A DNA stretch of 54,799 bases from a virus. Lineage: Duplodnaviria > Caudoviricetes. A program made the position numbers and the translations under genes. The stretch is taken from positions 1 to 54,799 of IMG/VR virus record IMGVR_UViG_3300038566_000115; one strand, given 5' to 3'. Positions 47,229 through 54,799 of the stretch are shown here, in pieces (position 1 is the stretch's first letter; each line of letters begins with the position of its first letter). Below the pieces are notes generated by a model that saw only the letters and a program-made list of their open reading frames with translations, was not told the DNA's origin and ran no database searches.

Positions 47229-48189
47229 CTATGTTTCCTCCATTTAGTCGGGTAGCTACAACAGATGCAGCGATGGGTTTTGTAGTAACGACACTCGTTG
47301 CTAGTGTATCTGTTATAGTATCACATGTAATAGCGGAGTAGGATGTCTTAACAAACGACGATGAAACGCCACTAACTTTAGCATAATCAGAAGATAGCGT
47401 ATCTGTAATCAGTTTTTTTACTGAGCCGAGGATGTCTCTAACAACAATAGGAGAAGTAATGTTACTATTTACTTTGGTATAATCTACTAATAAGTTAGAA
47501 CGGATATGCTTCCCAAACGTATTAATATTGCGGGTAGATAGCTGGACTGTTCGAGAACGTACAACACCGCCGCCATAGAACTGAGCCTCAACATAATACC
47601 TACCTGCAGGTTGGATAGTTCTATGCAGTCCCAAAACCTCGGTATCGATATAAACCGGTATCCCCTGCTCAGTATATAATACGTATTGGATAAACGGTTT
47701 ATTAAACGAAGGGGAATTGCCGAACGTAAACCATACCCTAGCAGGCTGTTCACCCGAGATATATTCTCCGTTATTATCTACTGCCTCGACCCCTATCAGT
47801 AACTCATCAGACGTTATTGAATTCTGATGTAATAGAGGCGATAACGTAGGTGCGATATTTGCTGTGAGGTTAGATTGTATCGTATCGGTTACAGTATAAT
47901 CCTCGGATACCTCGACGCTAGTGTACCGGTCCACATACAGGCGGAATACGTGGTCGACTGTTTGTTCACGAATGAATGATAGCGTGAGGCCATCGGAAGA
48001 TACGTTAAAATCTACCGTAGGCCCCGTTATCTGTTCCCACACAAAGCTATGGACTTCGGGGTCGGATACGGACGCAGTGATAACAATCAAGGCTCCACAT
48101 ACATCCACGATAGGGTCAGGTGTTTCTATCTCTGCCTGCGAGTAAATCGGTGGTGGGTATTGATTTATGTATCGTGAACGGTACGGCAT
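47221..48189 (-). CDS. Structural protein with PKD-like domain
   Basis: FVWEQITGPTV motif. Confidence 0.5.
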   Translation of the reverse strand: MPYRSRYINQYPPPIYSQAEIETPDPIVDVCGALIVITASVSDPEVHSFVWEQITGPTVDFNVSSDGLTLSFIREQTVDHVFRLYVDRYTSVEVSEDYTVTDTIQSNLTANIAPTLSPLLHQNSITSDELLIGVEAVDNNGEYISGEQPARVWFTFGNSPSFNKPFIQYVLYTEQGIPVYIDTEVLGLHRTIQPAGRYYVEAQFYGGGVVRSRTVQLSTRNINTFGKHIRSNLLVDYTKVNSNITSPIVVRDILGSVKKLITDTLSSDYAKVSGVSSSFVKTSYSAITCDTITDTLATSVVTTKPIAASVVATRLNGGNIGG

Positions 48190-48323
48190 TAGCGCGCCCG
48201 CTTAGGGATTATATACGTGGTTGTCTTCTTAGGAGCGTACGTTACTCGCCTACTTCCTATAGGAAATATAGCGGACTTCACTTTGAAAACGAAAGTTTGT
48301 TTCGTTATTACTGGGTAGTTCAT
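48189..48323 (-). CDS. Small basic protein (44 aa, not in ORF track)
   Basis: MNYPVITKQ...IPKRAR fills the gap exactly, with TAATG coupling to the next gene. Confidence 0.5.
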   Translation of the reverse strand: MNYPVITKQTFVFKVKSAIFPIGSRRVTYAPKKTTTYIIPKRAR

Positions 48324-48326
48324 ATC

Positions 48327-48947
48327 TTACGCCCACGGAGGAAAAACCCAACTCGCATTGCCGCGTGAGAATCTAGCTAAGACTTCCTTACGGGCCATCA
48401 AAGTTTCGTTTTTGAATTTACGTTGTTCGCGTATCGCCTTGTTATCATTAGACCATGGGCGGTTTGGCCAATTCAAAAGCTCTGCAACCGTACCACATAT
48501 AATCGATTGGCGGTGGTGTATCCATGTATCGTCTGGTACCAACGTATCGAAAGACTCTGGGATTAATGAAACGTCCACCAATAAATCCTTACCATTATCT
48601 ATCTCTTCTGGCTGTGGAAATAACTGCATTGTACCTGAATCGTGCAGATAAAATCCTCTTGGTAATCCAGCTTGGGGGTCATCAATTGGCTCAACCGTGA
48701 GGGGGTTAATAACCCTTTCATCGTATATCACTCTAAGGACAGTGCCGACCATCGCCCCCTCTACTGTTGGTGCGAGGTATACGTAGGTCTTGGTGTTGTC
48801 TACAATGAATGGTAATCGTACTGTCCATGCGCGGGATTCCCTAAAGAATTGCTGGGCTGTATTAAATAACTGATTCTCTACGACACTGCGGGTGACTCCC
48901 GGCAATCGTAGCATAATGTCCTGTACCCAATCATCTAACTGTCTCAT
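48327..48947 (-). CDS. Head-tail adaptor-like protein
   Basis: LPGV......L..TAQQFFRESRAW...W.NRPWS; position after capsid genes. Confidence 0.65.
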   Translation of the reverse strand: MRQLDDWVQDIMLRLPGVTRSVVENQLFNTAQQFFRESRAWTVRLPFIVDNTKTYVYLAPTVEGAMVGTVLRVIYDERVINPLTVEPIDDPQAGLPRGFYLHDSGTMQLFPQPEEIDNGKDLLVDVSLIPESFDTLVPDDTWIHHRQSIICGTVAELLNWPNRPWSNDNKAIREQRKFKNETLMARKEVLARFSRGNASWVFPPWA

Positions 48948-49309
48948 CGCATGGGTCTCCCTATAGCGTTAGAGAAAGATTTAAGTAATAGTGCTGCGCG
49001 GCCATCGACAGTGAACTCGTCGTCAATAAGTTCTAGGTTGCCTGCTATGTAATAAATGATTGGCTGTAGGAATGTATTGTCTAACGCAATTACTGTTGGG
49101 TCATCTATCGCCGCTGTTGGGGTTACTGTATCCTGCGGGTATGACGGTATTGCGTCGAGCCTATCGATAAACGCATCGGGCCTAAGCCGATACAAATCAT
49201 AAAGCGATGTTTCTAACTGCTCATACAAATGGGCATCTGAATAGCGGTAAGGCGTATCGACATCATTGACAATACGCCTTACACGTAAGAATAGCTCTCC
49301 AACTAACAC
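48944..49309 (-). CDS. Head-tail adaptor-like protein (DUF6682-like)
   Basis: VRRIVND...RYSDA.L...RLRPDAF. Confidence 0.6.
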   Translation of the reverse strand: MLVGELFLRVRRIVNDVDTPYRYSDAHLYEQLETSLYDLYRLRPDAFIDRLDAIPSYPQDTVTPTAAIDDPTVIALDNTFLQPIIYYIAGNLELIDDEFTVDGRAALLLKSFSNAIGRPMR

Positions 49310-49315
49310 TAGGGT

Positions 49316-49456
49316 TTACCCCTTAGTCTTCTTGGCAGCTTTCTCTTTCTTAGCTGGTTTAGGTTCGTGTAATTCCCAGTCTTCGTGTTCCTCAAAGCGG
49401 AACGAATCTCCGACCATTACTACCCGACCATCCTTCTTGTTTTTAACACAAGGCAT
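49316..49456 (-). CDS. Small protein downstream of capsid gene (46 aa, not in ORF track)
   Basis: GGAG RBS; MPCVKNKKDGRVV...EPKPAKKEKAAKKTKG. Confidence 0.6.
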   Translation of the reverse strand: MPCVKNKKDGRVVMVGDSFRFEEHEDWELHEPKPAKKEKAAKKTKG

Positions 49457-49474
49457 AGTATAACTCCAAAGTTA

Positions 49475-49497
49475 TAGGTGGGGGTTATCCCCACCTA
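49475..49497 (-). terminator. Hairpin after major capsid gene
   Basis: TAGGTGGGG/CCCCACCTA 9-bp stem 7 nt after the stop; weak U-tract. Confidence 0.55.
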
Positions 49498-49504
49498 AGT
49501 TGGA

Positions 49505-50482
49505 TTACTGCTTAACAATACCTACCGCAAGGCCAGTACCGTCAACAACTTTGTAACCATACACCTGTAGTCCTCGCATCATGTGCCCGAAGGTACGCTC
49601 TGCTCGGATGGTTTCGGTTTTAGTAACCTGCGACGCGAAGGTTAACCCATGTTGATGTCCTGCGAATACAGTCCACTCTAGGTTATCCCGTGGTAACAAG
49701 TTAGATACATAAACCGTAGTACGGTCAATCATACCAACACGTCCGTTACGCAAGATAGAGGTAGAGTCCCCTGCGATAGACGCGTCTTTCAACTCACCTG
49801 TTTTGATTCTGTTACAGAACCATGCAGGTAAGATAACGTAACGCCCAGTCTCTGGGATGTTCTGCTCGTCAAGCGCTTGGTTAAGGTCGACGATAAAGTC
49901 AACAGCGTTTCGGATACTGGTTGAACCATCGCCACCACCTGTCGCTAGGATTTGGGTAGCTGTAGTACCGGCACCTGCCGCTGCAACACCTAACTGCAAG
50001 CTACCTGAAATAGCGCCAGCGATATTACCTTGGTTTGATGCGTCAACATCAACAGCGATATTACCTAACACGTCAGTATCAATTTGAATCTTCATCTGCT
50101 CAGAAGCATCTTCTGCCCAGATATTCATCATATTGATATCGCTTTGTGTTTCCATAACATCATCAACAATCGCGTTCCAGTACTTACCTTTATCGATGTT
50201 CAGTGACACGATATTAGAAGTAGGACGCTGTACCGCTAGCTCTTGTCCAGCTTGGTAATCGTTGATAGTCAACGTAGGGCGAGTTCGGATATTAACTTGG
50301 TCGCCTTGGCTTTTAATCTCACCCTCATAATCAGTATTAGCCATTACGTTTAATACTGTGGTGTTGTAGAACTTCTCAATTAATTTAGAAGACCACAACG
50401 TAGGGATGAACGTGCCTGAATAGGCGGGAGACGGTGCGGCGGCACCATCATAATACTGCGACGCAGCAACTGTAAACGGCAT
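49505..50482 (-). CDS. Major capsid protein (HK97 fold, P22-coat-like)
   Basis: FIPTLWSSKL, NTDYEGEI..QGD.V.I, LDEQNIPETGRY and RGLQVYG; GAGG RBS; follows scaffold. Confidence 0.9.
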   Translation of the reverse strand: MPFTVAASQYYDGAAAPSPAYSGTFIPTLWSSKLIEKFYNTTVLNVMANTDYEGEIKSQGDQVNIRTRPTLTINDYQAGQELAVQRPTSNIVSLNIDKGKYWNAIVDDVMETQSDINMMNIWAEDASEQMKIQIDTDVLGNIAVDVDASNQGNIAGAISGSLQLGVAAAGAGTTATQILATGGGDGSTSIRNAVDFIVDLNQALDEQNIPETGRYVILPAWFCNRIKTGELKDASIAGDSTSILRNGRVGMIDRTTVYVSNLLPRDNLEWTVFAGHQHGLTFASQVTKTETIRAERTFGHMMRGLQVYGYKVVDGTGLAVGIVKQ

Positions 50483-50496
50483 GATTTAATTCCTCA

Positions 50497-51522
50497 TTAC
50501 ATCGACATCCTTCGCTTTATCTCAGAGTTGGGTAATACCCGTCCTTCTTTGATGGCAGCGTTGATGTCTGCTTCTATCCTCGCGTACTCTTCCTGTCTAT
50601 GGGTATAGAGTCCTTTACGAGAATCATCATAAAACTTCTTAATCTCTCCCTCGCTATACACAACCATCTTACCGCCAGTATCCTGTGCAGGGTTAGGCGC
50701 TGTTGACGGTGCTGCGAACTCAGTAAGGGTTGGATTCTCACTTTCTGTACTGTTAGGTTCAGTAGCGATTGTCTTCCCATACATAGAGAAAAACGAAGCA
50801 ACTCGTGGAGCATTGAGTTGGGAGTATGCTTGCCCGATAAGGTCTTTGCGGGTACTGCCGCTTAGCTCATCGACTGCATCTAACCATTCTACAAAGCTTT
50901 CGTCTTGGTTAATTTCACGCCAGTTATCAACATTTTTATCGAGGTACGCATAAAATGCTTCCTCTTTGTTGGACTGGGATTCTTCATCCAGACTTTCTAT
51001 GCGGTTACGGAGGTGCTGGTTCTCGTTGGCGAGGTGTGTCATCGTACTTGACATCTCTTCTTTCGCGGTTCTCTTCACTACGTCCAAGAACTCTTCCCCA
51101 TATTCCTCTACTTCCGCTGATGTAATAAGGCGCTTATCCTCGGGAGGGTTCGCTTTATTAATTTCATTATTATCCATATCTTTCGGCTTTGCAAGTATTT
51201 GTTTCTTGAGTGATTCAACCTCACTCAATAAGCGGGGTACCTCTGCTTCATACTTCCCACGCAAAGAATTGTATCTCGCTTCTGACTTACGTAGCTGTTC
51301 AGATAGATTAGCGATTGTTTCGTTTGGGCCAACCGGTTTTAAATCTGGCTTAGGGTCTTCATCTGGCTTTGAGTCTTCTTTCGACTTAGGGTCTTCATCT
51401 GGTTTAAGGTCTTCATCTGGCTTTGGGTCTTCATCTGGTTTAAGGTCTTCTTGGATGTATATTTCCGCGTGTAGTTTATCGGCCGCTTCCGCTGCAGCGG
51501 AGACTTGCTTAGGTACTGACAT
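50497..51522 (-). CDS. Scaffolding protein
   Basis: Acidic coiled coil, YNSLRGKYEAEVPRL and AAIKEGRV end; between portal and capsid. Confidence 0.75.
   Translation of the reverse strand: MSVPKQVSAAAEAADKLHAEIYIQEDLKPDEDPKPDEDLKPDEDPKSKEDSKPDEDPKPDLKPVGPNETIANLSEQLRKSEARYNSLRGKYEAEVPRLLSEVESLKKQILAKPKDMDNNEINKANPPEDKRLITSAEVEEYGEEFLDVVKRTAKEEMSSTMTHLANENQHLRNRIESLDEESQSNKEEAFYAYLDKNVDNWREINQDESFVEWLDAVDELSGSTRKDLIGQAYSQLNAPRVASFFSMYGKTIATEPNSTESENPTLTEFAAPSTAPNPAQDTGGKMVVYSEGEIKKFYDDSRKGLYTHRQEEYARIEADINAAIKEGRVLPNSEIKRRMSM
51343..51450 (-). repeat. 18-bp coding tandem repeat (ED[L/P/S]KPD) about six copies
   Basis: Repeated GGTCTTCATCTGG core on the + strand. Confidence 0.9.
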
Positions 51523-51539
51523 GGTTAATCCTCTTTGAG

Positions 51540-51755
51540 TTATGGTTTCATCCTATCCATGTCGGATAGGAATTCGGTGTACGCAGACGCACGCGTAGAA
51601 AAGTGCGCTTGCAGAACAGGGTCCGTGGTACTCATAGCGGATTTAAGATGGTCATCGCGTTTATCTTCTATTGCTTTAAGCAATATCTTAAACTCAGGAA
51701 TATCTCTGAGTGTTATACAAGCGCGGTGGTGTTGGTCGGTTTTTATTACATTCAT
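51540..51755 (-). CDS. Small protein between portal and scaffold
   Basis: ATGA coupling to portal; typical position in podovirus head modules. Confidence 0.65.
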   Translation of the reverse strand: MNVIKTDQHHRACITLRDIPEFKILLKAIEDKRDDHLKSAMSTTDPVLQAHFSTRASAYTEFLSDMDRMKP

Positions 51756-53791
51756 ATATTGCCGCTAGGTCCACGCACGGATTGTTGCTGCGGGGCTGCG
51801 GCCTGTTGAGGTGAACCTTCCCCTTGGGGATTTGGTGCTTGCTCGGATGCCGCTTGCGCCTGCTGCTGTTCAGCAATCTGTGCAAGTATGGTCTCTTCAT
51901 CGGGCATAGAATCCTGAACTCGATTGAGTCCAATTCCGCCCGCCACTTCTTTCAAAATCTCACTACGGACACCGGGACCCACAATCTGCGAATCTATCGG
52001 GTTGGCCGTAATGTTCAAGAATTCTAGCTGTCTCATACGCTCTGTTTCGCGTTGGAGGGCTTTAGTTACTCCGGTAATACGGAGTTCGATGTCGCCTTTG
52101 TACGTTCCCTCGGGTGAGGTCAACGCTAATAGCTCATGTACGTGTGTCAGTGCGGGGGTAAGAATATCCTTGTCCACATGACTAGCGACAGTCTGAATTA
52201 ATTTCGATGCGTTCTGCATGAGCATGTTCAGTCCACTAGCCGTACGTCCCGCACCTCCACTCGCTCCAGAGCCTTGCATATAGCGCGGGATGCCACTGGC
52301 CTCGTCCGTCGCTACATTTAATTGGGAATACACAGAGAGTAGTTCTTGTGCGTTTGATTGTGGTTGGAAGAACCTAACCACCGGTTGATTAGAACCTGTA
52401 GGGTCAGACGCAGTGAGCCACCGTTTCCACGGGTATAATTCCATTTCATTGTCCGTCGCCTGCATGCGGTCCATATTCACCTCGACCTGTGGTCCCGATG
52501 CCATGGCCATATTGTTGACCAGACTACGCAGGCTTGCGTTCATCACGTCTTCGTAATCCGACAAAATCTCAGGTAAGCCTTGTCCGACACTCGCACCCGG
52601 AGTCTTATCATATGAGGTGATGTAGTATATGGGGCGCTCGGAGGTATGTGGGTTGAGCGTAATGCGTATGATACGGCTGTCCACAAGCCATACTCGGCAT
52701 GAATATTCTGCGGATGGGTCTTTAATCTTCGTAATCCCATAGGTCTGGAGCATACTACCCTGTACATAACCGTGGAATTCTAAGGCGTCAATGGTGTCCG
52801 TCTGACTCGTTGGGTCTTCTTTGTTCTCCAAATCACTACGTTCGGAATCAATTGAATCCACCCAATCCGTTAAACCCCCCATACTATACTGCTCCAGTAT
52901 GGCGTCGATGGCGTCTTTGTTATACCCCTCTAGGTCTCGATATGATGACAAGTCACCCCGCGTTAGTGGTACTCGCTCAATAATCTCACGGCGATGGGGA
53001 CGAGATTCCCTAGGAGAGAAATAAATATCGAATGGGCTTATCCGCTTCCACACCATTTCTGGCGCAACAACTTTCTTCGCCTTACCATTGACCCACTCCA
53101 TCTTGGTCCTCATTTCAACAATGGGTCCCTTGAGTACTGCATAAGGGAACACAGGTAAGTCGATGAGGAAATCTGCTAACGCTTCATAGAATCCGCCTTG
53201 TACTAGTAAGTCTTGTATACGGTCGCCCTGTTCCTCCGCTTCCTTCTCCGCCGTTTTCCGCTGCTGCTTCTCAATCATCTTACGGAGCGCTAACGTACGT
53301 TCAATGACTAACTCCTCAGTTATCTGCATCCCTTCGGATTCTGCTTGGGCAACTTCTGCCTGAACCAACTGGGCAACTAGTTCAATTACCTCACCGGGTA
53401 AATCAGGTACCGGTGTTGGCCTTGTGAACCAAGGGCGGTCGGTGGATAAGTAGATATCGCGTAGTAACGCCGTAGCACTACGGCACTTACTCGCTACCAC
53501 TTTAGAATACACCTTACTACCGCCAAACTTATTTATCTCGTTGAGCTTTTCCGCATCGTACTTCCCGCGATATGCGCGTAAGGCAGAGATTAATAACTCA
53601 GAAATCCCCTGTGTTTCCCTTTCATTTCTAAAATGGCTATACTTAGTTCGGACTAAATTGACAATCCCAGATTCAGACATTGGCGTGAGCTTTAGGTTCG
53701 CCAGAGCACCTGCTTCCATCGTCTGCTTAGTAGTTTCCGCTGCAGCCTGTGCCTCTGCATCAAGTTGTATAGGAGATTTTACTTGTATCAT
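51752..53791 (-). CDS. Portal protein
   Basis: 679 aa, LRAYRGKY, RISPFDIYFSP, LVNNMAMASGPQ, GRTASGL and Q-rich tail. Confidence 0.85.
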   Translation of the reverse strand: MIQVKSPIQLDAEAQAAAETTKQTMEAGALANLKLTPMSESGIVNLVRTKYSHFRNERETQGISELLISALRAYRGKYDAEKLNEINKFGGSKVYSKVVASKCRSATALLRDIYLSTDRPWFTRPTPVPDLPGEVIELVAQLVQAEVAQAESEGMQITEELVIERTLALRKMIEKQQRKTAEKEAEEQGDRIQDLLVQGGFYEALADFLIDLPVFPYAVLKGPIVEMRTKMEWVNGKAKKVVAPEMVWKRISPFDIYFSPRESRPHRREIIERVPLTRGDLSSYRDLEGYNKDAIDAILEQYSMGGLTDWVDSIDSERSDLENKEDPTSQTDTIDALEFHGYVQGSMLQTYGITKIKDPSAEYSCRVWLVDSRIIRITLNPHTSERPIYYITSYDKTPGASVGQGLPEILSDYEDVMNASLRSLVNNMAMASGPQVEVNMDRMQATDNEMELYPWKRWLTASDPTGSNQPVVRFFQPQSNAQELLSVYSQLNVATDEASGIPRYMQGSGASGGAGRTASGLNMLMQNASKLIQTVASHVDKDILTPALTHVHELLALTSPEGTYKGDIELRITGVTKALQRETERMRQLEFLNITANPIDSQIVGPGVRSEILKEVAGGIGLNRVQDSMPDEETILAQIAEQQQAQAASEQAPNPQGEGSPQQAAAPQQQSVRGPSGNI

Positions 53792-53864
53792 GGCATCGCC
53801 CAGATAGAGGGTATTGTCGGATTAGGTTTCATTATTAACCAATATTAACCGTTGATGAGGATTT

Positions 53865-54323
53865 ATGCAAAGTTTACCCAAACAAATGCCCGTACCGTCG
53901 GATACATTTATCTCCGAACTCGCCAGTGAAATCTACCCCGCCGAAGAAGTCGCCTCTCGGCATGGGTACTCCATTGAACAATTATCCCACCTTCTTAACC
54001 AAGGGTGGTTCAAGGCGAGACTCAGGGAGGCCAAGGGTGTATGGTCGGCCGACAGCAACGCAACGGAGCGCGTACGTATCAAGGCAGCACTCGCGGCTGA
54101 ACACACCTTACTCGATATCACTAAGATTATCCAAGATATGGACGCGCCACCCGCATCGAGAATCACTGCACACCAACATATCACTAAGCTTAGTGGTATC
54201 GATAATGCCGAAGGCATCCAGTCGAACGATGTGTTCCGTGTAGTCATTAACCTGCCCACCGGTAATCTCGATGTGTCCGCTAGTAAGGCAAAGGTAATTG
54301 AGGGGGAGACCGTCGATGAGTAA
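53865..54323 (+). CDS. terS: Putative terminase small subunit
   Basis: HTH-like N-terminus and FRVVINL C-terminal strand; overlaps the terL start. Confidence 0.6.
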   Translation: MQSLPKQMPVPSDTFISELASEIYPAEEVASRHGYSIEQLSHLLNQGWFKARLREAKGVWSADSNATERVRIKAALAAEHTLLDITKIIQDMDAPPASRITAHQHITKLSGIDNAEGIQSNDVFRVVINLPTGNLDVSASKAKVIEGETVDE

Positions 54324-54799
54324 CACCTTCACTTACAACGCACCGGATACCCTCGTCGACTTCTTCACCTCTCCTGCATTCGCCTCGTTCCAAATGGGAC
54401 CCGTCGGAAGCACGAAGTCCACCGCGTGCATAATGAAACTTTTCGTTAACTCCTGCACCCAACCCCCTGACGCACAGGGTGTCCGCCGTACACAACACGC
54501 TATCATCCGTAACACCCGCCAACAACTCGAACAGACCTGCCTTGAACCTGCAAAGGATTTACTCGGCGACCTTGTGATATTTAAGCGCAGCGCGATGACT
54601 ATCCAAATAAAGGGACTAAAACTCCCTGACGGTACTACCGTTGAGAGTAAATGGCTTGGTATACCCCTCGAAAAAGAAGACGACCAACGCCGACTACTCT
54701 CCCTCAACCTACATTCAGCATGGGCTTCGGAATTCAGAGAGCTACGCCCCGACCTAGTGACAGCCGTGATGTCGCGGTTAGGCCGATACCCCTCTCCCG
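54316..54799 (+). CDS. terL: Terminase large subunit (5' part, truncated by window end)
   Basis: MSNTFTYNAPDTL...MGPVGSTKSTAC...GVRRT..AIIRNTRQQLEQT...LLSL....AWASEFRE...RLGRYPS; frame open to the end. Confidence 0.85.
   Translation, partial: MSNTFTYNAPDTLVDFFTSPAFASFQMGPVGSTKSTACIMKLFVNSCTQPPDAQGVRRTQHAIIRNTRQQLEQTCLEPAKDLLGDLVIFKRSAMTIQIKGLKLPDGTTVESKWLGIPLEKEDDQRRLLSLNLHSAWASEFRELRPDLVTAVMSRLGRYPSP

Noticed and set aside
19450-53807. Numerous opposite-strand ORFs in the track (e.g. 24345-25349, 22290-22886, 50966-51538)
   Set aside because: Antisense shadows of long real genes, Ser/Leu/Phe-rich and lacking RBS or motifs; the same applies to minus-strand ORFs within 1-19 kb.
1-54799. tRNA, rRNA, integrase, transposase or intron/intein
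   Set aside because: No cloverleaf, recombinase motifs or interrupted conserved genes were seen; intergenic space is small.

Overview
This window is most of a tailed dsDNA bacteriophage genome with podovirus-type architecture. Spanins, a PagL-like gene and an IHF-like site point to a Gram-negative host. Bases 1-17 are a random-amplification primer, not phage DNA. The + strand arm (0.3-19.0 kb) has a structured leader and a repeat-rich origin-like region. Next comes an early module of MoxR-type AAA ATPase, DUF3150-like protein and DUF2201 metallopeptidase-vWA, interleaved with seven short paralogous ORFs (two disrupted). It ends with a replication module: family A DNA polymerase, Cas4-like exonuclease, VRR-NUC, SNF2 helicase, SSB-like protein and primase-helicase. 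The - strand arm (53.8 to 19.2 kb) has portal, scaffold, major capsid, adaptor/nozzle and fibre genes. It continues with a lysis cassette followed directly by a PagL-like lipid A deacylase, an AT-rich block of duplicated LamG-like adhesins, a GNAT and three ejection proteins including a 2503-aa giant. Terminase genes diverge from the portal at the right end (large subunit truncated). I saw no integrase, tRNA, CRISPR array or reverse transcriptase. The best novelty candidates are the repeat-punctuated paralog array around the MoxR-vWA module and the lysis-linked phage PagL. All family calls come from motif recognition by eye; no searches were run.
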